A DNA stretch of 64,000 nucleotides. It comes from Macrostomum hystrix (taxonomy: Eukaryota > Animalia > Platyhelminthes). The position numbers were made by a program, and so were the translations under genes. Positions within the stretch are counted from its first letter, which is position 1. Each line of letters starts with the position of its first letter. The stretch lies in contig CATNEN010000001.1 in assembly GCA_950097015.1 (NCBI GenBank), positions 9,114,001-9,178,000 of the forward strand, in the 5' to 3' direction. Shown piece after piece: positions 1-12,600 of this stretch. Below the pieces are notes generated by a model. The model saw only the letters and a list, made by a program, of their open reading frames with translations. It searched no databases and was not told where the DNA came from.

Positions 1-753
1 GTCTCATAAACGTAAAAACAAAACAAAATGTAAAAATCTGGTTTACGAAGTTTTTTGATTTGCGTGTTAAATAATTTAAGTTTTTATAATGTGTAGCACA
101 CAACTTCTGATAACTTCTGAAAACTTGCCTTACCCTGTTTGTAATTTTGCATTTTCAAGTGACGCATATCTGCTATTAAAATATCGGCTTAGTTTCGATT
201 ATCGCTTTATCTGCTATTACAGCGTTGCATTTAGCTAAAAATGCCTCAAGGAAAAGCAAGTCCACGTAGTTCCAAATCCGGTTTCGAATCTTTGTCACAG
301 TAAGTCTAATAGTCTTTGTCACAGTATAGCTTTGCATTCTATTTCTACATAAACGAACTATTACAATTGGTCATTTATGGTATCGTACTAATGGTAAACT
401 AGTTGCTACTTGGCACTTGCTACACTAGTTCTAGTTGTATCTTCTAAAATTTTAGTTTGTAAGTCACTCAGTTATTACTCTGTCATTTTTAGAAAGGCAT
501 TGAATCGAAATCTACTAAAATGTTTTTAATTTTTGACAGCATTGTTTTTATGAGCCTTTCTCAGTGTTCTCTTTATTCCTAATTCTTTATTTAAACAATA
601 TTCTATTGATTTTACAGCTGAAAAAACACTGTCGCATATTATAGTATTTAACTGTTAAATTTTAGATAAATAACTAATAGGCTGATGTGAAAGGTTCTGT
701 AGAATCTTTTTTTGCACCATTGCTTCATATTATAACAAAAATGATCTTCCCAG

Positions 754-3302
754 GCAATCCTTCGGCGAGTCGTTCTCATACACGTACAGCACCTATGGCT
801 CCGGCTCCGAACCAGACTACATTATGCTGGAGATTCGCATCAAGCAGCAAGCCGATGACATCTCCCAGCTGCAGAAATTTAATCGAAAACTATCGGAAGA
901 CCTTGAACTAGAACGATGTCAGGGCATGCAGCGATTAAGGAAGCTGGAATCAGCGGCTAAAGCCGGTAAATAGATCTTCCTTATTAATAGTTTTCGCTCA
1001 TGGTAGGCAGCCCTGCTAATTTCGCTGACTCTTATCCTATAGAGGCGCTTTCACAAACAATTGTGAAATTGTGAAGCTGTTTCACAAACAGCTTTCACGT
1101 TCTTACAGTGCTGTGTGAATGAACTCTATAATGTGTAAATTGCTCAGAGCTCAGGGACTTCCGTGTGCGAGTCGGAATGTAGCACTCCGTTTTCAACCCT
1201 CGTTTTCCCTAATTGTATATAATGCAGTGCAGTCAACAAGCTTTGTGTAATAATTTTTTTAGCCGAAAAACGAATCCAAGAGTTGTCGGTTGAGCTGGAT
1301 CGTTCTAGGGAGACACTGAAGCACTACCAGGATCTGCTAGAAGCTCAAGAGAATCAAATGCAAGAGCTGGCTGCCAGTAAGGAGGTGCAGGACGATCGCA
1401 AAAGAATCGAAGCCAGGATACAACAGCTGGAGGCTGACATCGCTCAGGGCAAGGAGGAGATGAAGAATGGAAATTATGAGAGCACTCAGCAGAGAGCGGC
1501 TATCAGGAAGGCACAGGAGGAAAAGTGCATTGCTCAGGTATTATTGATTTATTTGTTTACTCCGTTTTTTCTACAACTCTTTTGAGCTTGTTGGGCTACA
1601 ACTCCTCCCACAATCCCATTCTCGTAACACACACTCTTTCTGCCCACAACCCCATTTTTAACACCCTGTCTCTATGCCCACAACCCCATTTTTAACACCC
1701 TCTCTCTATGCCCACAACCCCATTTTTAACACCCTCTCTCTATGCCCACAACCCCATTCTCTCAAACCCTCTCTCAGCCACAACCCCATTCTCTCAAACC
1801 CTCTCTCTGCCACAACCCCATTTCTCAACACCCTCTCTCTGCCACAACCCCATTCTCTCAAACCCTATCTCAGCCACAACCCCATTCTCTCAAACCCTCT
1901 CTCTGCCACAACCCCATTCTCGTAACACACAATCTTTCTGCCCACAACCCCATTTTTAACACCCCTCTCTATGCCCACAACCCCATTCTCTCAAACCCTC
2001 TCTCAGCTACAACCCCATTCTGTCAAACCCTCTCTCAGCTACAACCCCATTCTCTCAAACCCTCTCTTAGCCACAACCCCATTCTCTCAAACCCTCTCTC
2101 AGCTACAACCCCATTCTCTCAAACCCTCTCTCAGCTACAACCCCATTCTCTCAAACCCTCTCTCAGCCACAACCCCATTCTCTCAACACCCTCTTTCTGT
2201 TTACACCCCCATTTTTAACACACTCTCTATGCCCACAACCCCATTTTCTCAAACCCTCTCTCTGCCCATAACCACACTGCCATTTCCTTAACACACTCTG
2301 CTACAACCCCATTCTTTTAACACCCTCTCTGCCACAAGCCCATTCTTTCAACACCCTCTCTCCCAAAAGCCCACAACACCATTTTTAAACACCCTCTCTC
2401 TGACCGCTACCACAAAACCGTCTCTGCTCACAAACAAGAACTCTTCGAAAGCAATTCTCTGTCACTTGAATTAAATTACAAACTCGCGTCACTGCTCAGT
2501 TTCTATCCATTTCAACCCCAATGCCACAATCCAGCGGCTACTCGAAGCCAGCGAGAAGGAGCGGCGTGACCTTGAAAAGAAGCTGCACGAGTTGGAGCGA
2601 CTCAATCAGCGTCAGGAGAAGGCTCTCGACGGTGCCGCTCAGGGCTGGGTTAAAAAAAATCACGAGATGGACGTCATGTGCGAGGAGCTTCGCTGGCGAA
2701 TGGTTAGTTTACTCATAGTAGTACTTATTACATGTTTTTTTCATTTTTAGGTTAACAAAATTCTATGAAAACGAGAATTGTAGTGGTGCACTTCTACTTG
2801 TACGAGAACATTTAAGTAGTTGCTACCGATCAATTTTTTATCAATAAAATGATTGATTGTAATCTCTTTTTGCAAGAAAATTATTGCCAATAAGAATCTT
2901 GCTGTTTAGCTTGAGCTTGACTCCTTCACCGAGAGGTCTGAAGTTCGAATCTATAAGGCATCTATAAAGTAGTAGCAAAATTTGCTGGAGTAGAAATTTG
3001 AGTGCGTTTGGCGGTCCATGGACAGAAAAGCTGTACACAGCTTCTGTCCAATGTACGCGACTCATTTTTTCTTAACTGCTCGAAACTTCTTACAGGTGGA
3101 CTCAAAGACAATCGGCGCCCACAGCAAGCGGGCCAATGATGGCAAATCAGTCGATGCTTCGAAGAAGCCTCAAACTCGATCAGATCAGAGGCCCAAGACA
3201 GTTGCATCTGCCGACAAGAAGCCAAATACAGGCACACCAGCAACTGCAGCGGTCAACAACAGTAGCAGCAACAATGTCGGCAAGAAAAAGCAAAAGCAAT
3301 GA
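754..3302 (+). CDS. 3' part of a multi-exon coiled-coil protein gene of unknown function; exons 754-965, 1263-1537, 2535-2702, 3096-3302
   Basis: Four GT-AG bounded exons join in consistent phase (…MLEIRIKQQADDISQLQKFNRKLSEDLELE…EKRIQELSVELDRS…RLLEASEKERRDLEKKLHELE…GKKKQKQ*). Heptad-like E/K/Q/L composition; AATAAA at 3546. The 5' exons were not found. Confidence 0.75.
1610..2410. repeat. Intronic minisatellite, ~32-bp unit (CCACAACCCCATTCTCTCAAACCCTCTCTCAG)
   Basis: Direct 32-nt periodicity (e.g. AGCTACAACC at 2101 and 2133); lies in intron 1538-2534. Confidence 0.95.
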
Positions 3303-3694
3303 CAGTTTGGCTATTTGTACTTTTATTGATGAAGTTGAAAACGTGATCATCAATGTATATTCTATACTATAGCATATTCTCCAATTGATCAAGAAAGTCC
3401 ACGAACACGTTCTTGTTTGACTTGTTCTAAACGAATTTTCACCTGCTGACAAATTTACAATTGAACAGTTAGATTTTTACTGCTTCAAATTTTTTAATGA
3501 AAAGATGCTCAATTATTGTTGTGATATTTTCTTGTTTCAGTTTTTAATAAAAAATTAAATTTAAGCTAACGGATTTCGCGTTTTTTTTTTAAATACTAGG
3601 CTTTTGAATAAAGCTATGTAGACTACGTAAGTAAAAAAACAGTTTGCAAAACGCGGTTGTTTTATACTTTTCAGTGGGAATAATTAGCCCAGTC

Positions 3695-5708
3695 ATGAGA
3701 TCAGCGGAAACTGTTGCTTTTATTACTGGTGGCAGCACTGGCATTGGGCTCTGCATCGCTGAGACGTTTTTAAGGTAAATCAAATAAAAAGCATAATATA
3801 AACACGATTCTATCAAAAGAAAAAAATTATTTTCGATGTCTAGTAATGTTTTTTAGTTAAACAGTGGTTAGAAACTTCAGATTTAGTATAGACCGTAGAC
3901 AAGATTTTTCGTATCTCCTATAAACGAGAAGACTAAAGAACGTCGTGATTACAAGGCAGGTTTTTTAGATTTGAGTTTCAGCTCATTGATTAATAGTACA
4001 ACATAAGTTAATTTTGGGTTTTGTATAGTAGACTAGATTATTCGTACCCCCTTTAAACGAGAACACTTTAGAACTTCCTGATTTCAAAGCAGGCTTTCTC
4101 GATTTGAGTTTCAGTTTATTGATTGATAGTTAAACATTAATTATATTAACTCCGATTTAGTATAGTAGACTAGATAATTCGTACCCCCTTCAAACGAGAA
4201 GACTTAAGAACGTCTTGATTACAAAGCAGTTTTCTTCGATTTGAGTTTTAGTTTATTGATAGTTAACATTAGTTAATTTCCGATTTAGTATAGTAGACTA
4301 GATTATTCGTACCCCCTTTAAACAAGAACACTTAAGAACGTCCTGATTACAAAGCAGGGTCTCTTTTGTTCTCTATTTTCAGTTAAAAAAAAATTTTTTT
4401 TTGAAAGTGTATAACAATCACTTTTTAGAGCCGGTACTAAAGTTTTCATTATCAGTCGCAAACAGGAGAATCTAAAAGCTGCAGCGGAAGTGTTCGGAAA
4501 AGCCGGCTTCACTGATGCGCAGTTTGGATTCGCCAGTGTGGATGTTCGCAAAGTGAGTTTTAGTGAAATGTACAAGTTTACTTTATACACGTGGATCTAA
4601 CACAGCAATATTTTTTCTTCAGTTTTCGGAAGTCTCAACAGCCGTTAAAGAATGTTTAAACAAATTCAAGCGATTGGATTATCTAGTAAATAGTGAGTTA
4701 AATTCGATTGTAGCTTTCATGTAGACACTAAACTAAACAGCTCATATACCAGAAAAATAATTTTCGGAGTTCTTTAACTCGCAACTTTCTAAATTTCATG
4801 TCTTGCAATAGGTTTAGTATCAGAGAATACTTAATCACAGGTATGAAAACCGGTGTCACACAATTAACCGCACGAAAAAAAGTTTTTAAACTGCAAATCA
4901 CACGTACAGTAGCAAGTTTAAGAGCTATAGGACTATACGAGCGAACGTTACACCACAAGTGTCAGAATCACAAGGGAGTTAAAGCTGTACTTAGTTATAC
5001 CCGACAGTTGCGGGAGTTGAAATATTTTTTGGAACAATAAGCCCAGTATCTCTACAAAGATTTTATAAACTTAATTTGATCGGTCTGTTTCAGTTGGATA
5101 AAACGGCCCTATTAAGGGCAGTATAATGTGTCAGTAATGTATTATGTTTTTAACTGATTATGTTTTTTCCTCCACCTTTTATTTCAGGTGCGGCAGGGAA
5201 TTTCATGTGCCCAGCTGCAAACCTGACACCTAACGGTTTTCGCACCGTCGTAGAAATCGATTTAATCGGCACTTTCAACGCCATCAAAGCCGCCTTCGAC
5301 GCCTGGATGTGCGAAAACGGAGGTGTCATCGTTAACATCACCGCCACTCTACACCTGGCCGCCATTCCTGGCCAGGCACACGCCGGCGCCGCCAAAGCTG
5401 GCATAGACGCTCTAACGCGACACCTCGGCGTGGAATGGTCGTGCCGACCGAAACCTGTCCGCGTGGTGGCCGTAGCTCCGGGCCCGGTCTCCGACACGCT
5501 GGGTTTCGATAAACTCGGTGGCGCAGGACTGGATCCGCGCTATCTGGTCACCAAAGCTGAGGTAGCCGACATTGTGGTTCGGCTTCTGTGTCGCTCGTCT
5601 GAAGGCGGCGCGGCTATCAACGCGCAGACTCTGGTGCTGGATCGGGGTCAATACCTAGCGTTTCCGTTTTTCGACGCTGCATCGGCAGCCTCAGGTGCTA
5701 AACTGTGA
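3695..5708 (+). CDS. DECR2: Peroxisomal 2,4-dienoyl-CoA reductase (SDR family), ~264 aa; exons 3695-3774, 4429-4552, 4623-4692, 5188-5708
   Basis: TGGSTGIG Rossmann motif, LVN-x-AAGNF, TVVEIDLIGTFN, HAGAAKAGIDALTRHLGVEW, VAPGP; C-terminal AKL = PTS1; exon phases consistent. Confidence 0.9.
3880..4360. repeat. ~130-137-bp tandem repeat, ~3.5 copies, in DECR2 intron 1
   Basis: GATTWCAARGCAG recurs at ~3947, 4080, 4217 and 4345 with shared flanks (TAGACTAGATTATTCGTACCCC). Confidence 0.85.
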
Positions 5709-6685
5709 TTTCCTACGCTATATATTCACACGCTATATATTCACAATCTGTTTCACAGCGAGTACCTAAATCATGCCCTGATATTTTCAACTTTGTTAAA
5801 GTAACGACTTTCGTTAATTAAAAAGTAACGATCTAAACTAGTTAAAGCTATTCCTTAGTTTTAAGACAAAAAACATTCAGTAAAGGTAGCATTGCAACTG
5901 AGAAAACTGTAGAGGTAATTATAAAATTATCCTTTTTTTGTATCAGACATATTTCGTTGAAACGCAACACTGATCTCTTTTTGAGATTTTTGATTTTGAA
6001 ATTAGCATTTGATTTTTGCTTTTCGTCTGATGTTCTACGAGTAGCTAATATTAGACTATAATTTCTGTCATAATTAAACACTATTTTTAATAAACAAAGA
6101 ATCTACCAACGTACTTAGTTATGTACTACTAAAAGTAATAAGAAATGACTGAGAAAAAAACTAATTATGGTTTTCGTGTTATTTTTTTCACTCAAGCTAC
6201 TGCACAATTTGTCATACACACGAATGAGCAAATTCAAATGCATTCAACGGTGCTCTAATCAAATCAAAACAGAACCACAATCGGACATTTATTTAACTAG
6301 TCAAGAAAGAATGCTTTAAACACCACTGCAGACAGTGGGACTTTGCATAGTTAGGCTTTTGAAGTTCTTGTAAACACGACAAAAAAGAAATAAGCAAATT
6401 AGTAAAAATTTTAGGATGTGAAACACTGCGCAACACCAAATAGAAGCATTTTAGACATATAGAGCTTTGATCATAAATCACCATTTTGAAAGTAGCAGAC
6501 AGATAAGTTAACTTGGTTTATTTGAGAAGATTAAAAAATTAACCCATTATTCTATGGCTTAAAATAAAAGTCTCACCGAAATATAAAAACTAGACTTGAA
6601 TAGTACTTCAGTATAAACAATATGATGCGAAACATAATAAGAAATAGATAAATTACAGTTACAAATATTGACTTCAACACCCTAC

Positions 6686-9600
6686 CTAGGTGTCGTTGCC
6701 AAATTGAGTCCTTCGACGCTTGCCACCACCAAGGCGTCGCTGGACAGCGTCAACGGCGGTGGACGAAGATGAACCTACCCCAGCATGATCGGCCTCATTT
6801 TCGAGTTCGTTAGATCGCGCATTGTATCGATAGGATCTGCGCTCTAATTCAGCCTGGTGTTTAGGAAACAGATAGGCCAGCATGCCAGTCACAATGGCCA
6901 GCTTGGGCAGATCTTCGCCGTCAAGCAGGGACACGCACGTGTGATCGTAGGCGAAGCCAACGCGGCTGTCTGGTGCAGGGGGTCGAACAACAGGCGGTAT
7001 GCAGGTATAGCGGCTGCTGAAGTGTGTCAGAATAGTGTGGCGGGCGCGCATTGCCGCGGACTGAGCCAGCGCCTGGCCGACTGTGCTGTGCATCTTGGAC
7101 TGAGCTTCGGACTCGAGACCGTCCTGACGGACGAAGCAAGTGGCGGAGCGGTTAAAGCATGAGAGTTCACGAGTTCGAATCCGCGGCAAGGCTTTCAAGT
7201 CAGTGTTGATAGGACCAACTTTTTGATGCGCATCTTTTAAAACAATAATCAAGTCATCAGCTCTTCAGACCGTCGAGATATTCAATGGTTCTGGCCGAAG
7301 GTCGGATTTTTCCCATAAGCGCTAGTGTATTTCATACACCCCTATACACAAATTAGCACTGCGCCTCAGTGCGGCCTTGCCAGGCCTTCAAAATTGAACA
7401 GCATGTCACCCGAATGTGCCTGCATCATCTCCGTCTTCGGTGGTCACCTACCTTTATCTAGACGGACTAGGTGGAACTAGGCTACTGTGGACACCTTGAC
7501 GCGAATTTCTTCAATTTCACTGATCAAGCCTAAATATTAGGCGCAGCTCAACCACAGGACACCATCGCCTAGTCTGTCAACCAATCAGTCACCACCCAAT
7601 GCCGTTAGCATTCAGGCGCTGCCAAATCAATATGTTTCCCCTTGGTATTTAAACGGTCAGAAAATTGGCTTGGTAAGTCCTACTGTCAAATCAGCCGATA
7701 TGTACTGAAAAGTTCAAACCTAACTCTTTTCAGCCCATAGAATTGAACTTAATATGGCTTAACTAGCCGATATGTATCGAAAATTGTAGCTAAATAAGAA
7801 AAAAATCCAATAAACTACTGGCACACCTGAAAAGTGGCCTCGTGTATAAGCAGGTCACAGTCAGCTCCGCTGTGAACCAGACTGGCGCATGGCACAGTGT
7901 CGCCGCTGTACACAATCTTCCATGGCTTGCTGTCGCAGCCGCCACCGTAGATAGAGAAGCCGAAAGCCACTTTAGTGGAGTGCTCAACTGGCACTACTTC
8001 AACCTGTTCGAAATTTTTATTGCAAATGTCTAACTACAGAACAGTTAATACCTTTGCGAGATACCTTACCTTATTTTCCTAACTTCCTTTTTCTATTTTT
8101 TTACTAATACTTCCCAGTCCCTATACTTTCCGATCCCTTACTTTCCAACTCTTTTACTTTCTGACCCCAATACATTCCAAACCCCTTAGTTTACAACCCC
8201 TATACTTTCGAACCCTTTTACTTTCCGACCCCTATACTTTCCAACCCCTATACCTTCAACCCCTTAGTTTACAACCCCTATACTTCCGGAACCCCTTACT
8301 TCCGACACCTATACTGCAACCACTAAACTTCGCAAGCCCTGACTAATAGAAAACATTCTAATGTCTAAGCAGTTCATTGATTAAATTTCTTAACTACAAA
8401 ATTATTAAACGTGACATTAAAGTTCTTGAAATCAATGCAACTTTGATTAACCTTTCTCAATCCAAGCGATTCCTTGACGAACTTGTCATAAGAATCGGCC
8501 GAATTAATAGCCGTCTGCCAGTGCTGCGAGATGCCGCAAATATTCTCGGACCAGAATGGCCTGCAGATTATATGGGGAAATGGCACATGACACTTCGGAA
8601 ATGGCACTTCCCAATGAGGCTTGAGAATGGAAAATGGCACTTAACTGAGACTAGGGATTGGGAAATGGCACTTAGTTGAGACTAGGGATTGGGAAATGGC
8701 ACTTAGTTGAGACTAGGGATTGGGAAATGGCACTTAGTTGAGACTAGGGATTGGGAAATGGCACTTAGTTGAGACTAGGGATTGGGAAATGGCACTTAGT
8801 TGAGACTAGGGATTGGGAAATGGCACTTAATTGAGACTAGGGATTGGGAAATGGCACTTAATTGTGACTCGCATTTATAAATGGCACTTAGTTGAGACTA
8901 GGGATTGGGAAATGGCACTTAATTGAGACTAGGGATTGGGAAATGGCACTTAATTGAGACTAGGGATTGGGAAATGGCACTTAATTGAGACTAGGCATTG
9001 GGAAATGGCACTTAATTGAGACTAGGGATTGGGAAATGGCACTTAATTGAGACTAGGGATTGGGAAATGGCACTTAATTGAGACTAGGGATTGGGAAATG
9101 GCACTTAATTGAGACTAGGGATTGGGAAATGGCACTTAATTGAGACTAGGGATTGGGAAATGGCACATCACAAACTCACACGAGGTCGCCAAGTGCTGAC
9201 ACGTCGCTCAGGCCGTCATTGCCGTTGATGTTGGTGAAAAACGACAGCCAACGACTGAATCCGTGCGGCCCGATGAAAGCACAGGGCGATGGGGTCAGAC
9301 CGACTGACTCGAATGCCCGATGCCTGGCTCTTAGCAGACACAAAATTCCCTGAAGCAACAGGATAAGAGATTATGAAGGGTGCAGGCAGTAGTATGCAAA
9401 TGAAAGACAGCAGTCTATAATGCTACTCACACTCTGATGGTCCAAGTGCATGTGAGACACGCAGATGGCTTTGATTGATCGCAGCACAGCCTGGCAGTCA
9501 TCGAAGCCATAGAAATTAATGAGCTGAAACAGCGTGCCTTCGCCGCAGTCTAATAGGAGCTTTGAATCTTCACTGTAGGTGAGATTGGGTTTTTAAGGAG

Positions 9601-12600
9601 GCTATGAAACAATTAGCTCTTCTTGAACACGTAAGAATTATCGAGGGAGAAAACAGGCGAGTGACTGGCGGAGTGACCTGATAAAAACATGGGGAAATGA
9701 ATGGCGGAGTGAATAGCGAAGTGACTGGCGGAGTGACTGGCGGGGTGACTGTCGGAGAGTCCTGACAGAAAGATTTGGGAGTGACTGTCGGAGTGACATG
9801 ACAGAAATATTTGGGAGTGACTGGCGGAGTGACCTGAAAGAAATATTTGAGAGTTACTGGCGGAGTGACCTGAAAGAAATATTTGAGAGTTACTGGCGGA
9901 GTGACCTGACAGAAATACTTGGGAGTGACTGTCGGAGTGACTGGCGGAGTGACTGGCGAAGTGTCTGGCGAAGTGACTGGCGGAGTGACTGTCGGATAGT
10001 CCTGACAGAAAGATTTGGGAGTGACTGTCGGAGTGACATGACAGAAATATTTGGGAGTGACTGGCGGAGTGACTGTCGGAGTGACTGGCGGAGTGACCTG
10101 ATAAAAACATGGGGAAATGAATGGCGGAGTGAATAGCGAAGTGACTGGCGGAGTGACTGGCGGAGTGACTTTCGGAGAGTCATGACAGAAAGATTTGGGA
10201 GTGACTGTCGGAGTGACATGACAGAAATACTTGGGAGTGACTGCCGGAGTGACTGTCGGAGTGACTGGCGGAGTGACTGTCGGAGAGTCCTGACAGAAAT
10301 ATTTGGGAGTGACTGGCGGAGTGACCTGACAGAAATATTTGGGAGGGACTGGCGGAGTGACCTGACAGAAAGATTTGTGGAGTGACTGGCGGAGTGACCT
10401 GACAGAAAGATTTGAGTGACTGGCGGAGTGACCTGACAGAAAGATTTGAGTGACTGGCGGAGTGACCTGACAGAAAGATTTGAGTGACTGGCGGAGTGAC
10501 CTGAGATTGATGTGGGGAGGGACGAGCAAGGGAGGGAATCACAAAAGGCGAACAGATCATGACCTGATGTGCAGCATGATGGCTGATACATTCCGATATT
10601 TGAACGGATTAGAAGAGGCAGTACCCAAGAATTGCAGCCAGGGATAAGGCCTGTGCACAACAGTCGCGCCGCTTCTTAAGCCTCTATCGGGATTGTTAGT
10701 CGCTCTGTAGTCGGCCAATTTATCAGCAAACTCCTGCCTAGTGATGTAGATTTCATTGTCCTCAAACATTTTATCTCTCATCGCAGCCTCCGTGAACGGC
10801 TCGCGTTTAGAGGAGCCGACCGACGCAAGGGCTGCGGCGATGGCGAGGTCGCCAGTTGATGCGCACTGACTAGAGGCAAAGCCCATGGGCGGGCGGAGGT
10901 AGTACTCCTGGAACGATTCGGATAGGTAGCATCTTGTACTTTAGTTGCCTACTGCCTTGTACTTTAGTTAGCTACTGTCTTGTACTTTAGTCGCCTACTG
11001 TCTTGCACTTTTGTTACCTACTGCCTTGTACTTTAGTTAGCTACTGTCTTGTACTTTAGTTAGCTACTGTCTTGTACCTTAGTTAACTACTGTCGTGTAC
11101 TTTAGTTGCCTACTTCCCTGTACTTTAGTTAGCTACTGTCTTGTACTTTAGTCGCCTACTGTCTTGCACTTTTGTTACCTACTGCCTTGTACTTTAGTTA
11201 GCTACTGTCTTGTACTTTAGTTAGCTACTGTCTTGTACCTTAGTTAACTACTGTCGTGTACTTTAGTTGCCTACTTCCCTGTACTTTAGTTAGCTACTGT
11301 CTTGTACTTTAGTCGCCTACTGTCTTGCACTTTTGTTACCTACTGCCTTGTACTTTAGTTAGCTACTGTCTTGTACTTTAGTTAGCTACTGTCTTGTACC
11401 TTAGTTAACTACTGTCGTGTACTTTAGTTGCCTACTTCCCTGTACTTTAGTTAGCTACTGTCTTGTACTTTAGTTGCCTACTGTCTTGTACTTTAGTTGC
11501 CTACTTCCCTGTACTTTAGTTAGCTACTGTCTTGTACTTTAGTTGCCTACTTCCCCGTACTTTAGTTAGCTACTGTCTTGTACTTTAGTTGCCTACTTCC
11601 CCGTACTTTAGTTAGCTACTGTCTTGTACTTTAGTTGCCTACTGTCTTGTACTTTAGTTGCCTACTGCCTTGTACTTTAGTTAAGTACTGTCTTGTACTT
11701 TAGTTAGCTACTGTTTGTACTTTAGTTAGCTACTGTCTTGTACTTTAGTTAGCTACTGTCTTGTACTTTAGTTAGCTACTGCCTTGTACTTTAGTTAAGT
11801 ACTGTCTTGTACTTTAGTTAGCTACTGTCTTGTACTTTAGTTAGCTACTGTCTTGTACTTTAGTTGCCTACTGCCTTGTACTTTAGTTAGCTACTGTCTT
11901 GTACTTTAGTAGCCTACTGTCTTGTACATCATTTAGCTGTCGTAAACTGACAGTTTAAAACTGAAACTGGAAAAGTACATTGTGCAACGAATTTTACCTG
12001 ATAAGTGGCGCAACTGATCGCATTATCTGGAAAGCTCTGAGCAGTGACAGATTCTGTTTTGTCTGCATCGGATGAAGCGGTGGCTGCCAGATTCGCAGAG
12101 TCCTGCTTGTCCATGAATCTGTGTCCGTACAACAATGGAAATATCCGGTCATCCAGGGTGTTAAGCATCAGCTGACACTGATGCGCACCGCACAGTGCCG
12201 GCAATTCTTGTCGACCATCCAGAACAACATGCTTAGCTTCGGAATTGGTAGTGTCGCGAAATCTACAATAATTTGCGTACAATTTGGGTACAGCTGTTCA
12301 GTCCATGGACTGGGATCCGAACTCCCTACCTCTCGTTAAAAAAGTTGGAAGCCTTATCTCCTGGGCTAAATATAAGATAAGAAATAACTATAATTGATTA
12401 CACCTGCCCCAATTGGGCCAGATGTGTAGCCGACAGCACAGCCGCAGCTATTGCGAAGGCTGCGTACAGCTGTTCAGTCCATGGACTGGGGACGATGCCA
12501 CAGCCACCCTCAATTACCTCAGCTACGAGTATAATGATGGTATACCTATTTAACAGAACTGGGTGAACTGAAGCAATGCAAAGTTAAGTGAAGGACAAAA

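Noticed and set aside
9570-10660. Mucin/extensin-like VTPP ORFs (also ORFs over 1674-2291, 21649-22929, 25021-25701, 26811-27188, 29980-30433, 44938-45687)
   Set aside because: Tandem-repeat translation artefacts, mostly within introns of well-supported genes.
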